A stretch of DNA of 64,000 nt from Felis catus (Eukaryota): NCBI RefSeq assembly GCF_018350175.1, contig NC_058368.1, positions 144,834,001-144,898,000 of the forward strand, read 5' to 3'. How positions within the stretch are numbered: the stretch's first letter is position 1; every line of letters begins with the position of its first letter. Both the position numbers and the translations under genes were made by a program. The notes under the pieces were generated by a model that saw only the letters and a program-made list of their open reading frames with translations, did no database searches and was not told the origin of the DNA. Positions 28,701 to 42,750 of the stretch are shown here, piece after piece.

Positions 28701-28993
28701 TTTGTGTGTTTCCTCATTTTTGTCTCCTGTTTGTCTATCTCTTTTCCTTTACAGGGCTACTCCAAGGAACAAATCAAAGCACACCTGGTGGAGGTTCCAA
28801 AACATTACTACAAGTAGGATAATGAAGTAACCAAAGTCACAACAATAGAGAGCAAGTAACAACCCCTGAAAAAACACCTCCTGAAGGGCCAAGCCCTAGA
28901 CAGTGTATGACCCTCCTTGAATATAGCAGTGCTCACAGGTGCAGAGCACACAACAAGCTTTTAAAATGCATAAGGGACAGAAAACTAGCCAAA

Positions 28994-29864
28994 ATGATGA
29001 AACAGAAGAATCCTCCTCAAAAGAAATTCCAGAAAGTAGAGACAACTAAAGAATTGATCAAAACCTATTTAAGCAATATAACGGAATAAGAATTTAGAAT
29101 AAAAGTCATAAAATTAATCGCTGGGCTTGAAAAAAGCATAGAAGGCAGCAGAGAATCTATTGCTACAGCGATCAAGGGACTAAGAAACAGTCATGATGAA
29201 TTAAAAATGCTATAAATGAGGTGCAAAATAAAATGGAGGTGGCCACAGCATGGATTCAAGAGGCAGAGGAGAGAATAGGTGCATTAGAAGATAAAATTAT
29301 GGAAAAAGAGGAAGCTGAGAAAAAGAGATAAAATTCAGGAGTACAAAGGAGGAATTAGAGAACTAAGTGATGCAATCAAATGGAACAATATCTGTATCAT
29401 AGGAAATCCAGAAGAAGAAGAAGAGAGAGAAAGGGGCTGAAGGTATACTTAAACAAATAATAGCTGAGAACTTCCTTGATCTGGGGAAGGAAACAGACAT
29501 TGAAATCCAAAAGGCATAGAGAACTCCCTTCAGACATAACTTGAATTGATCTTCTGCATGACATATCATAGTGAAACTGGCAAAATACAAGGATAAAAAG
29601 AGGATTCTGAAAGCAGCTAGGGATAAACTGGCCTTAACATACAAAGGTAGAAACATAAGGGTAGTAGCAGACCTATCTGCTGAAACTTGGCAGGCCAGGA
29701 TATCTTCAATGTGATGAACAGAAAAATATGCAGCCAAGAATCCTTTAACCAAACAGTCTGTCATTCAGAATAGGAGAGATAAAGTCTTCCCAAACAAACA
29801 AAAACTGAAGGAATTCATTACCACTAAACCAGCCCTACAAGAGATCCTAAGGGAGATTCTGTGA
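28994..29864 (+). pseudogene. L1 ORF1 remnant with stops and frameshifts
   Basis: Starts MMKQKNPPQKKFQ; later segments translate to ORF1-like IIAENFLDLGKE, RVVADLSAETWQAR and KPALQEILR; first stop at about 29089. Confidence 0.88.
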
Positions 29865-29932
29865 GTGAAATGTTGCAAGGACCACAAAGTACCAGAGATA
29901 TCACTACAAGCATGAAACCTACAGACATCACA

Positions 29933-32900
29933 ATGACTCTAAGCCCATATCTTTCTATAATAACACTGAATGTAAATGGACTAAATGCTCCAGCCAAAAG
30001 ACACAGGGTATCAGAATGGATAAAAAACAAGACCCATCTATTTGCTGTCTACAAGAGACTCATTTCAGACCTGAGGACACCTTCAGATTGAAAGTGAGGG
30101 GATGGAGAACTATCTATCATGCTACTGGAACTCAAAAGAAAGCTGGAGTAGCCATACTTATATCAGACAAACTAGACTTTAAATTAAAGATTGTAACAAG
30201 AGATGAAGAAGGGTATTATATAATAATTACAAGGTCTATCCATCAGGAAGAGCTAACAATTGTAAATGTCTATGTACCGAATACAAGAGCCCCCAAATAT
30301 ATAAAACAATTAATCACAAACATAAGCAACCTTATTGATAAGAATGTGGTAATTGCAGGGGACTTTAATACTCCACTTACAACAATGGATAGATCATCTA
30401 GACACAGGATCAATAAAGAAACAAGGAGATGGACTTGACAGATATATTTAGAACTCTGCATCCCAAAGCAACAGAATATACTTTCTTCTTGAGTGCACAT
30501 GGAACCTTCTCCAAGATCGATCAAATACTGGGTCACAAAACAGCCCTTCATAAGTATACAAGAATTGAGATCATACCATGCACACTTTCAGACCACAATG
30601 CTATGAAACTTGAAATCAACCACAGGAAAAAGTCTGAAAAACCTCCAAGAGCATGGAGGTTAAAGAACACCCTACTAAAGAATGAATGGGTCAGCCAGGC
30701 AATTAGAGAAGAAATTAAAAAATATATGGAAACAAAGGAAAATGAACATACAACAGTCCAAACGCTTTGGGATGCAGCGAAGGCAGTCCTGAGAGGAAAA
30801 TATATCCAGGCCTATCTCAAGAGACAAGAAAAATCCAGAATACAAAATCTAACAGCACACCTAAAGGAAGTAGAAGCAGAACAGCAAAGACACCCCAAAC
30901 CCAGCAGAAGAAGAGAAATAATAAAGATCAGAGCAGAAATAAACAATATAGATTCTAAAAAAACTGTAGAGCAGATCAATGAAACCAAAAGTTGTTTTTT
31001 TGAAAAAAATAAACATAATTGATAAACCTCTAGCCAGGTTTTTTTTAACCTTCTCAAAAAGAAAAGGGAGATGAGCCAAATAGATAAAATCATGAATGAA
31101 AATGGAATTACAACCAATCTGTCAGAAATACAAACAATTATCAGGGAATACTATGAAAAATTATATGCCAACAAACTGGACAACCTGGAAGAAATGGACA
31201 AATTGCTAAGCACCCAGACACTTCCAAAACTCAAACAGGAAGAAATACAAAATTTGGACAGTGAAGAAATTGAATCAGTTATCAAAAATCTCCCAACAAA
31301 TAAGAGTCCAGGACCAGATGGCTTCCCTAGGGAATTCTACCAGACATTTAAAGCAGAGATAATACCTATCCTTCTCAAGCTGCTCCAAAAAAATAGAAAG
31401 GTAAGGAAAACTTCCAGACTCATTCTATGAAGCCAGTATTACTTTGATGCCTAAACCAGACAGAGACCCAGCAACAAAAGAGAACTACAGGCTAATATCC
31501 CTGATGAATATGGATGCAAACATTCTCAACAAGATACTAGCAAATCGAATTCAACAGCATATAAAAAGAATTATACACCATGATCAAGAGGGATTCATTC
31601 CTGGGCTGCAGGGCTGGTTCAACATTTGCAAATCAATCAATGTTGATACATCACATTAATAAAAGAAAAGATAAGAACCATATGATCCTGTCAATCGATG
31701 CAGAAAAAGCATTTGACAAAATTCAGCACCCTTTCTTAATAAATACCCTCGAGAAAGTCGGGATAGAAGGAACATACTTAAACATCATAAAAGCCATTTA
31801 TGAAAAGCCCACAGCTAATATCATCCTCAATGGGGAAAAACTGAGAGCTTTCCCCGAGATCAGGAACACGACAGGGATGTCCACTCTCACCGCTGTTGTT
31901 TAACATAGTGTTGGAAGTGTTAGCATCAGCAATCCAACAACAAAAGGAAATCAAAGGCATCAAAATTGGCAAAGATGAAGTCAATCTTTCACTTTTTAAA
32001 GATGACATGATATTATATGTCGAAAACCAAATAGACTCCACCAAAAGTCTGCTGGAACTGATACATGAATTCAGCAAAGTCGCAGGATACAAAATCAATG
32101 TACAGAAATCAGTTGCATTCTTATACACTAATAATGAAGCAACTGAAAGACAAATAAAGAAACTGATCCTATTCACAATTGCATCAAGAAGCATAAAATA
32201 CCTAGGAATAAACCTAACCAAAGATGTAAAAGATCTGTATTCTGAAAACTATAGAAAGCTTATGAAGGTAATTGAAGAAGATATAAAGAAATGGAAAAAC
32301 ATTCTGTGCTCATGGATTGGAAGAATAAATATTGTCAAAATGTCAATACTACCCAAAGCAAACTACACATTCGATGCAATGCCAATCAAAATTGCACCAG
32401 CATTCTTCTCAAAGCTAGAACAAGCAATCCTAAAATTTGTATGGAACCCCAAAAGACCCCAAATAGCCAAAGTAATTTTGAAGGAGAAAACCAAAGCGGG
32501 AGGCATCACAATCCGAGACTTTAGCCTCTACTACAAAGCTGTAAACATCAAGACAGCATGGTATTGGCACAAAAACAGACACATAGACCAATGGAATAGA
32601 ATAGAGACTCCAGAATTGGACCCACAAATGTATGGCCAGCTAATCTTTGACAAAGCAGGAAAGAATATCCAATGGAAAAAAGACAGTCTCTTTAACAAAT
32701 GGTGCTGGGAGAACTGGACACAAACATGCAGAAGAATGAAACCAGACAACTTTCTTATACCATTCACAAAAATAAACTCAAAATGGATGAAGGACCTGAA
32801 TGTGAGGCAGGAAATCATCAAAACTCTAGAGCAAAAAGCAAGAAAAGACCTCTGTGACCTCAGCTGTAGCAATTTCTTACTTGACACATCCCCAAAGGCA

Positions 32901-33725
32901 AGGGAATTAAAAGCAAAAATGAACTACTGGGACCTCATGAAGATAAAAAGCTTCTGCACTGCAAAGGACACAATCAACAAAACTAAAAGGCAACCAATGG
33001 AATGGGAAAAGATATTTGCAAATGACCTATCAGACAAAGGGCTAGCATCCAAAATTTATAAACAACTCACCAAACTCCACCCCTGAAAAAAAAATAATCC
33101 AGTGAAGAAATGGGCAGAAGACATGAATAGACACTTTTCTAAAGATGACATCCAGATGGCCAACAGGCACATGAAAAGATGCTCAACGTCGCTCCTCATC
33201 AGAGAAATACAAGTCAAAATCACACTGAGATACCATCTCATGCTGGTCAGAGTGGTTAAAATGAATAAATCAGGATACTACAAATGCTGGAGAGGATATG
33301 GAGAAATGGGAACACTCCTGCACTGTTCGTGGGAATGCAAACTGGTGCAGCCGCTCTGGAAAACAGGGTGGAGGTTCCTCAAAAAATTAAAAATAGATTT
33401 ACCCTATGGCCCAGGAAGAGCACTGCTAGGAATTTACCCAAGGGATACAGGAGTGCTGATGCATAGGAGCACTTGTATCCCAATGTTTATAGCAGCACTT
33501 TCAACAATAGCCAAATTATGGAAAGAGCCTAAATGTCCATCAACGGATGAATGGATAAAGAAGATGTGGTTTGTATATACAATGGAATACTACTTGGCAA
33601 TGAGAACGAATGAATTCTGGCCATTTGTAGCAACATGGATGGAACTGGAGAGTGTTACGCTAAAAGAAATAAGTCAGGCAGAGAAAGGCAGATATCTTAT
33701 GTTTTCACTCATATGTGGATCCTGA
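29933..33725 (+). pseudogene. L1 ORF2 remnant (endonuclease, reverse transcriptase, Cys-rich C-terminus), fragmented
   Basis: ORF-track fragments: TLNVNGLN, CCLQETH, GDFNTPL, SDHN (endonuclease); [26 protein letters not shown] in place of FADD, KYLGI (RT); several frameshifts. Confidence 0.95.
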
Positions 33726-34031
33726 AAAACTCAAGAGAAGACTGGGGAGGGAGGGGAAGGGGGGAAAATTACAGAGAGGGAAGGAGGCAAACCATAAGAG
33801 ACTGTTAAATACTGAGAACAAACTGAGGGTTGGGGAGGATGGGAAAGTGGGGTGATGGGCATTGAGGAGGGCACCTACTGGGATGAGCACTGGGTGTTGT
33901 ATGGAAACCAAATTGACAATAAATTTCATGTTAAAAAAACACTTTGTTCAAAAACAAAATTTATAAGGTTATTCTAATAATCTTAATAAGAGTTCCATGT
34001 GGAATGAAATACAAATAAAAAACAACACAGA

Positions 34032-34405
34032 GGGTTGCCTGGTTGACTCTTGATTTCGACTCAGGTCATGATCTCATGGTTGTGAGATCAAACTCTGTGT
34101 CTGGGCTCTGTGCTCGGTATGGAGCGCCACCCCCCCCCCTTTTTTTTTACTTAATTTTATTTTTTAATTTACATCCAAGTTAGTTAGCATATAGTCCAAA
34201 AATGATTTCAGGAGTAGATTCCTTAATGTCTCTTACCCATTTAGCCCAACCACCCTCCCAAAACCCCTCTAGTAACCCTCTATTTGTTGTCTTGGTATGG
34301 AGCCTTTTTAAGATTCTCTCTCCTTCTCTCTGCCCCTCCCTTGCTCATGTGTGCTTGTTTTCTCTCTCTCAAAAAACAAACATAAACAACCCAAAACACA
34401 AAAAA
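34032..34405 (+). mobile_element. Can-SINE (partly deleted head) interrupted by an L1 3' fragment
   Basis: ctcaggtcatgatctcatgg core, CT tract, A/C-rich tail; split at ggtatggagc. Confidence 0.88.
34126..34290 (-). mobile_element. Severely 5'-truncated L1 3' end nested in the SINE
   Basis: Very similar to 47460-47580 (atccaagttagttagca...tgatttcaggagtagattccttaatg); duplicated target ctcggtatggagc / cttggtatggagc. Confidence 0.88.
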
Positions 34406-34428
34406 CCCAGAGATTATACAACACTCAC

Positions 34429-34457
34429 CTTGGAAATACTGTCCATATCTCCTGACC
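34429..34457 (-). CDS. SSBP2: SSBP2 coding exon, 29 nt (GSGDMDSISK)
   Basis: TTTCAG acceptor, AAG|GTGAGT donor, phase 1-0. Confidence 0.95.
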
Positions 34458-34606
34458 CTGAAACAAAATATGAAAAGAAAATGTTTATTAGATAATAATT
34501 TCATATACAAATTAAGTATTCCTTTAATATAAATAAATGCAGTACACTCTTTATATTTTCCAGTATGTATCTCCTTAATTTTTTAATCTTAAAAAATTAT
34601 TTACTC

Positions 34607-34812
34607 AGAGTGCCTGGGTGACTCAGTTGGTTAAGCATCCTACTCTTGGTTTTGGCTCAGGTCATGATCTTATGGTTTCTGAGTTTGAGCCCTGCATCAG
34701 GCTCCATGCTGACAGTGCAGAACTTGCTTAGGATTCTCTCTCTCTCCCTCTCTCTCTCTGCCCCTCCCCTGCTCAGGGTCTCTATCTCAAAATAAATAAA
34801 TAAACTTAAGAA
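34607..34812 (+). mobile_element. Can-SINE
   Basis: gtgcctgggtgactcagttggttaagc head, CT tract, (AATA)n tail. Confidence 0.93.
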
Positions 34813-35715
34813 AATTCGTTTTCTCTTATACTGTCTGGTGAGTAAGTATCATCGATGGCAATGCAAGGATGAGCTGTACCTCTCGCTCTGAACCATCTTT
34901 TTTGTTTATTTTTGTAATGGTAGAATTAAGAAAAGTATCATTATCATAAATTCCTGAAAATGAAATGTAAGAGAGATCACTTATAAATCGTATTCAATTC
35001 AAATTTTTAAAATGTATGCATGTATGTATATGTATATATAGACAGCGAGAGATAAATATATTTTCTGAAACGATGCTTCTAAATCTGACAAAATATAAGA
35101 TGGACATCTGCAATATTTAAAAATATTATGAGCCATATTTTACTATAATAACCAAAGTGAAGAATTTTTAATAACATTAAAAAATTGACAGCAATCAATA
35201 TTCATGGCAATCCATCAAAAGTAAGAATGTCTTTATAATACTGTAATTTTAAGTAGATTCCTGGGAGAAATGAAAAATCAATACTAATTTCTTACTTAAG
35301 ATGTGGAATCATACATTAGGTAACAAGGAACAATAATCAGATCTTTGCCACATGTTAGCTTTATTTTTAACCATTTTAACAATTAATTTTTTGGCATAAA
35401 CATATTCTACTATTTTAATAGTAAAACATTCAGTTATAGTCACAAATAAAGTTAGTGCTTATAAACATACATAGTACATTGATACATATTGAATGCACAT
35501 ATGTAATTATGTAGATATAAATATGTGTAATAATGTTTATTATAAAAAGCAATAAGCCACATGCCAAGCATATGTGAAACTCTTCCTCAAATTCTATTCT
35601 AGTGAATAACTGAAAATTTTCTATGACCAAATGTCATATTTTTAAAAATAATTTTACAAATTAAAAGATTGGAAACTGAATTATGTTGCAATACATTAAA
35701 AAATAAAATTCTAGA

Positions 35716-35920
35716 ACAGTGCTGACAGGTAGAGCTTTGTGTGATGATGGAGATGTTTCTTTATTCTATGTTTCATTATGGTAGCCATTAGCTACACATG
35801 GCCATGTACATTTGATAGGAGGCAGTGCAGCTGAGGAAGTAAACTTTACTTTTTATTTAATTTTGACTTAAAATTAAATAGTCACACATGGCTAGTCACT
35901 ACCATAATTGAGCAGTGCAA
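35716..35920. mobile_element. MER3-like element
   Basis: cagtgctg...gtgatgatggagatgtt...ggtagccattagctacacatggc...cacatggctagt. Confidence 0.75.
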
Positions 35921-36975
35921 ATTAAGGCTTTGATATCTAGGCAACACATGTACGTATATAAAACAAGTATGGACCTTAAAAGCTCAAAAGTCTAGCAACA
36001 GGTTGCAAATAGTTTCTTGATTATTGAAGTTACAGAGCTTTTCAAAGTATTAGAGGCTGGTGTTTGGGCGGAGTCGTGGAATCTGTGTACAACCTAAGTT
36101 ACTCATGGGCATAGTTATTCCAACTTCAGTAAAAGATGGTTCTTTTTCAAAAGAAAAAAAAGATCATAAGCGTCTATCCCCATTGTCAACTTCTAGCTTA
36201 TGTTACTGTTACTTAAAACATATATAAACATAAAATAAGTGTAGTTGTTGTTTTATGGGTTTTGTTTTGGATTTGCATTTGGCCTGCCTATATGTACAGT
36301 GCACTGTGTGATCTAATCGGTTTTGTGCCACTCATCTCTATTTCTCACTGTTGTGAAACTCTTTGTTCTCCGTGAAGACACTGGGCTTCATTTGGTAAGA
36401 AGGCATCATTTATGAGGTATGTTTTCAACTATTGGTCATAGTACTTGAAATCTGCTTTGCCACGAGTATGTGGCACGACTCTCTTTTAAGAAAATCATCC
36501 AGATAATCCAGAATATAATTAAATTTTATTTTTAAAAGAGACAAACATTAAAATACAGAAACAAAGTTAAGAAATTCTTGCAGAGAACATAAGTTCCTCT
36601 GAGACTGCATCTATAGACCTTCGTAGACAAACCAGCTCAGAAGATACTGTAGCTCTCCAGGTGAGGGATATGTAATATGTGCTCAGAGCAGCAATATCTC
36701 CTTTTATCATAAAACACTCAGATTTTGATAGGTGAAAGTAAATACCTGTGAATAAGAGCTAGGTTAGAACAATCCTCACATTTCTGATTTTCAAATGATC
36801 TCCAGTTATCATAACCAATATTCTGTAAAGTCTCAGTCTGAAGTGAAAGTTGAAGCATTTTAAAATAAATTCAAAGTAAATAAAGGTATACAAAAGCAAT
36901 TTGCAAACTGTAATATCCACTCTGTAGAATAAAAGTTTTGTTTTGATTTCTAAATATCAAATTGCATATCCTTAC

Positions 36976-37054
36976 CTAAAGAGCCATTCATGTGATGTGA
37001 CTCCATTCCTCCTAATCCACCCATGGGACCATCTGACCCAGGGCCCATTGGAAA
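36976..37054 (-). CDS. SSBP2: SSBP2 coding exon, 79 nt ([26 protein letters not shown]+G)
   Basis: AAG acceptor after a T-run, TAG|GTAAGG donor, phase 0-1. Confidence 0.96.
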
Positions 37055-38990
37055 CTTTAAAAAATGAAGAGAATTTCTATGATCACACTGAAAACAAGTA
37101 TTTATCTAATGTTACAATATCTATCTTTAACATTGTAAGACACTTCCACAAATTATTTTCATTTCCAAATAATGGAGGTTATTTTCCTAGATTTTTTTCA
37201 GCCTTACAGATTCTGAAACTGACTGCCCTACTTTCCTCATGCCATCTGCTTTATATTCTGGATCTTCAGGTTAATCCTCATTTATATCCACATTTTCTTC
37301 AGATATTCTCAACTAGAATGCACATACATTCCAGTGCAAATTAGAGGATAAACATTCTCTTCTCTGCTATTGACAGATCTTGCTATATAAGCCAGAGATG
37401 ATTCCTAGGAAGCTGCTAAAAGTATTGACTTATTAATAAGAATAATTCAACATTATTATGCCAACATTAAGATTTTTCTTAGCAGCCAATCTATCTTTGT
37501 TCAAATGGACATAATAAATAATTCCATCTTGTAGTTTAAATACATTTAGCTCCTTGGGGACAGCTCAATATAGTTAATTCTTGGCAGTCTCAACTATGTC
37601 AGTTCAATGACAATTGGACGTTCTACAGCAGTTATATTTAACATTTTTTAAAGTAGTGGGATTATTTTATTTTAAGTTGGAAGCCCAGTACAAAACAGAT
37701 GTGAACTGATATACGATGGTGGAGCAGGTGGTGGAGAAGCCATGGCCTGCCCACTCAGTCTTTTCCTTATCTCCCTGGAATATTCCTGAGGAAATCTAGA
37801 GCCCAGTTTGAAGACAAGTTATCTATAATTATCTTATGTTTACAGTTAAAATAGCCTACTGAAAACCACTTGTTCTTAAAATTTCTGATGCCAAAAGCAT
37901 TTCTTCCATGTTGTATGGTACAGAATACTGAATGTGGTGTGTGTGTATTTACGTGTGTAGATGGGGTGGTGATGCTTACTAATCAAATAGGCTTTTGGGA
38001 GAAAAACAATTGCCCTCAACAGACAACCAGTAACTGTATATAATATATATATATATATGAGTGTTTGGAAATAAGATGGCTTTCTATCACTGGGATCATA
38101 CAGCCACATGCTTATACATTTTCCCAGGATAATGTCATTTCTGTTGCCTAAAATTTTGTAGCCTTAAAGCATACAGATTGATTTATATATATTCTGTTTG
38201 GTTTATAAATATTTTATAGATTCTCTCTATATAGATTCTATATATAGATTCTATATATTCTAAGTTGTTTACTTAGAATTAATTTTAGAAATTTAATTTA
38301 TAAATCAATTAAAGAAATATTAACTTTTTAAGCTATCATTTGAGGTAGCTTAAGAATGATAGCTTAAAGAAATTAACTTTGAACTTACTGTTTTATTCAG
38401 CCTTTGTCAAAAGCATAGTATAGATCTGGGCTGAAAAACTAGTGCTGGTAAGGCCAACACCCTCTGAACTTACTTGGTTCGGTCCCTTCATCTGGCCCCC
38501 ACAGTGTTTTAAAAGACACAAAGACTATTGGTATGTATGCTTGAAGCACAAAAAACTGCAGTCCTAGCCCTCAGCAGGCATTTGCTTTTACTACCTCTGG
38601 CTGAGATGAATGGCATTTGAAAAAGTGACACGATCAGCTTCTACTTTTCTTGGATCTCTTATCTTTGTATTGAGTTAGAGAACCAGAATGGAACATACTT
38701 GGATGGTATCAGCTTAGCTGCCCACAGAAATGTCTTCAGTGCCATATGCTCTGGGTTTCCTCTCGCACTCCCTCCATTTTAAATATCAAGTTCTAAGATA
38801 TGAAACTGCACTATGAAGAGCTTTTCTATATTTTTGCTAAATTTCTAAAACGAACATTGTTCATTATCATATTCAATGTTCATTAAGATCACTGTGGAAA
38901 CACCCTTTAGACATTACTGACAGGAAACTGTTTCTTTTCTCCTGAAAACCAATTTATTTGATTATATAAAGAGGATAGTGATAACTGAAG

Positions 38991-39272
38991 GCAGTACTGC
39001 TTAAGGGAAATAATATACGAGCTACAACACAAACTTACATAAGTAAACTTATATTTACTAGCAGCCATGTTTAAATAGTAAAAAGAAACGGGTCAAGTTA
39101 ATTTTAATAATATATTTCATTTATCCTACGTATCAAAATTATTTCAGCATATATTCAGTATAAAAATTTTAACAAAATCTTTTACATTATTTTTTTCATA
39201 TTAACTCCTCAAAGTCTAGTGTATATTTTATACATCACATTTCAATTTGGACTGGCCATATTTCAAGTATCA
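38991..39272. mobile_element. MER33-like element
   Basis: tagcagccatgtttaaatagtaaaaagaaacgggt...caatttggactggccatatttcaagt. Confidence 0.7.
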
Positions 39273-40042
39273 TATTATACTGGATGGATTTCAAGTTTCC
39301 CTTTAAAGTCTTTACTGCTAAGAAGCTCAATTATAATAATTATTTCATTCCTGTTTTTTGGTATACTTATGGAAATTCCTTTATGTCTTCTGATTTTTAT
39401 TTAAACTAAGCAGCCTTATATTCATATATGTCTGTGTATTAACTATACCTTGTTATAAATATTTTTGTTAATATGTAGGTCTTATAGATAAATAATTTTC
39501 TGTAAGCTTTCATGGAAAAATAACGAGATGCATTATTAAGAACACTCTAATTCTTTATGTAGAACTGCTGCATTTCCATATTTAAACTCCAGATTTCAAA
39601 AATCTAAAGAAAAACAAGCAAATCCAACTTCCTGATTTATTTCAAGTTTATCAGGATAAAAGAAATAAACAATCACAATGAAAAATTTAGTGATGCTAAA
39701 AATGAGGCAAATGTCAATGATTACACATTAACTGTCATTTCAAATAGTGTTAATTATTAACTATTTGAGATTTTAGATAAAACCACACACCGACATTGTA
39801 TAATTGATTAGGTTCAGTTTTACATTTAAGTTATAATGATGTGCAATCTTTTGTTATACATTTTTGTATTTTATATTTTTTGTCAATCCAGAACATAGAA
39901 GGGGTTTGATTATTTTTGGATATCTAGTAAGTTTCTGGATAGTAAAAGAGAAAGCTTAAATAGTATCTAGGAATATTCATTACACTTAGAGTTTGAGCCT
40001 TGAAATACATTCCAAAATTAAAAAAAAAAAAATCATATTTAC

Positions 40043-40113
40043 ATTGGGCCTGTTAGGTCCAGGAGGTACTGCATTCATTAAAGTATACATGTTGTCTCCA
40101 GAGTTGGTTGAAT
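40043..40113 (-). CDS. SSBP2: SSBP2 coding exon, 71 nt ([24 protein letters not shown])
   Basis: TTTCAG acceptor, GTAAAT donor, phase 1-0. Confidence 0.96.
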
Positions 40114-42299
40114 CTGAAACAAAACATTACCTAATTAATATCTTTCTTTATAATTTACACCCAAGTCATCACAAAGTAATAATCAGAGATGATCTGCACA
40201 CACATACATATTCATAGCTGCAGCACTTAAAATAGTCATTACTAATGTTCAGAAACAAATACTTGTAAGTCATTTTCCAACTCAGAAATTACCATTCTGA
40301 GGTTGTAAATGAGAATATTTACCTAATATATAAGAGGTAATCACTTGAATAATTCTGGTCAAAAGGAACATTACTTTAAAAATCTCAAATATTACAGTAA
40401 AGTTTTTCTTTTCTAAAAAACATGGATACTTTTTGACTTCATTAAGCAATGTGTATAACAAAAATCTCCAAAAATTCAAATTCAGTAGCTTTTCAGTTTT
40501 CATTGTTTCCTTAGGCTTCTTATATACTAATTTAAAACAGTTTGTTTATCTAATAATTATTAATAGCTGGTGGGGTATCCTGGCTTAATTCCAACATAAA
40601 GAGAGTATACAATTAGAATGAAAAATTCTCTTGCTTGAAGTAAAAGTCAGCTTCTTCCAGTACAGCTTTTGATGAAATTTTTTTTATTCATTTTATTCTT
40701 GATTCATTATAGTAAAAATAACTGTAGTGTATATCCATATAAAATAAGTACCATTTTATATTAAAAAAATTACATTTCATGTCTATTAGCTAATTCTAAT
40801 AAAGTCTCTGAGTACGTATGTTTTTATAATGTATTATCTATAGTAAAAGGCCATATATTTTACATTTAGGAAATATGTTTTTCTATTTTCCCACAATTAT
40901 ACAATTTTCTTAAATATAATGTATCAGGCCTCTCTATTCTGAAAAAAAAAGTGTTTCAAATCTACATTAATATATCCTACTGCTGAAAAAGCAGAAATGC
41001 CCACTTCAGATGGATCTCTATTTGTTTATACTAAGTAAGGTCCCGACCTACTTTTGTGGCCTTAATTATTTATTTTACATCCTTATGTACATTATATTCC
41101 TGTCAACTCAGGCTGCTTGTTCTTTCCTGTGTATGATCAACCGTTTATATCTCCATATTTTTGTTCTTAATTCCTCCAAGTATCTTCTCCCCAGTGTCCA
41201 TCTACTGAAATTCTGCTCACTACCCCAGGCCCACTGCAAATGTTACCTCTTTCATGAGATTTTGTTTTCTGAAACTTCTGAATTCATGCATGCCCCCCTC
41301 ATCATTGAATTCTGCTTTGCATTCTAGTTAACATTTTGTCTTGTTCTTGTCTTTGTTATAGTGAGTTCATTGAGAGAAGGAAAGAGATCATGTCTTATAC
41401 TATGTGCCACAGACAATAAATATCTGCTGAGATTTAACTAATGGAATACACTCTATCCCATAAAAATGTATCTTTCAGAAAATCAGTCATTACTAATGAC
41501 TAAACACAGGAGATCTTCAAATGGTTTTTCATCTTTATTAGCCTAATTTTACTTAACTAATTTTAATAATTAACTTGGAAGGAAAATAGGCTGTATATTT
41601 TAAATATATAGAAAGAAAAATAAATTTGTTGTTTTTAATACCAATCAAAAACATACTTTCATCTATAGAAACACCAAGAGAAGTAAGGTTGGTATTTTCT
41701 AGACTTCTTTTTATATTCAGAAAAACTTTACAATAAAGTAGACCTTATGGATCCTGTTTTTGGCGGGGAGAGCATTGGCTTCAAATTAGGAATGACTATG
41801 CAAAAGATGAGCCCACAGGAGTATGCACAAGGCTAGGAAGACATACTGGTGGCAATTTGTTGGCTTGGAAGGATGGAGAGTAATCAGATTACTTATCACC
41901 TGAAAAGTTTAGTGGTTTCTCCAAAAAATTTCATTTATATTGCGGTGAAGTGTTTATTAATCACATGCTACCTTCATAAATTAAACATTAACTTCACATG
42001 TAAGAATGCAAATGTGCGCAAGATGTTCAATTCGCCTAATTCTATCTTGAATGAATTGTTTCACTTCAATGAAGATGCTCTGAGGACAGAGATCCATGAA
42101 ATATTTATGCTATATTCCAAATCAGTAGTGAAGCAAAGCAACATTTTGTGTTAATTATCAGATTGATGCTTTTTCAAAATTAAGAAGATTCAAAAATTAA
42201 AAATTATTTATTGATATGATCAATGATAGTTAAGTTCAAGCTTCCACACATCTTAGATTTCAACAAACCAGCTAAGAACATATGAATTTAATACTGTAA

Positions 42300-42750
42300 C
42301 ATAATTCAGTATTTTTTTATTATAAAAATCTCCCATCTCTTTCATTACCCAGAGGTTAACACTGATAAAGCCTTAGAGCCTATTTCTTTGTCTTTCTACA
42401 TTTTTGTATTAAATATATTTTATAATAAAATTGTAACCATATTATATTGAATCATGAACATTTATTCTCCATGTCATTAACAATTCTTTGATAATAATTT
42501 TAATGGCTACATTATATTCCTAAAAATTAATTTATTACTTTTGCTAAAATTGTATTAGGTTTGTGCCTACTATTTCACTATTAACTATAAAAAAATGAGC
42601 ACCCTCTACATAAATCTCGGGTTGTATCTCTAATTATTCTCATAGCAGGATGATAGAAAAAAGTGAATATTCACTTTTTCATGGCTCTTGATACACGTAG
42701 CCAGAGCAGTTTCTAGGAGGGGTGTACCAATGTAAACTTCCACCATTAAA
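42300..42750 (-). mobile_element. Ancient L1ME-type fragment
   Basis: tttaatggct...tattcc and gggtgtaccaatgtaaacttcccacc motifs typical of antisense old L1. Confidence 0.55.

Larger units (their letters stand above)
27146..33936 (+). mobile_element. Full-length LINE-1 (about 6.8 kb, felid/carnivore type), inactive, antisense to SSBP2
   Basis: GC/CpG-richer 5' UTR, ORF1 and ORF2 remnants, G-rich 3' UTR, AATAAA at 33918-33923, short A tail; target site duplication (TSD) aaacacttgttca (27133-27145) / aaacactttgttca (33937-33950). Confidence 0.97.

Noticed and set aside
28115..28822. 170-aa and 64-aa hydrophobic ORFs resembling membrane proteins
   Set aside because: Translations of the pyrimidine/T-rich low-complexity part of the L1 5' UTR
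31896..33086. 396-aa ORF as a host gene or active reverse transcriptase
   Set aside because: It is an internal fragment of frameshifted L1 ORF2 with an altered FADD motif, not an independent gene
36943..37344. 133-aa plus-strand ORF overlapping an SSBP2 exon
   Set aside because: Non-ATG start, no recognisable protein; partly the antisense shadow of a real exon
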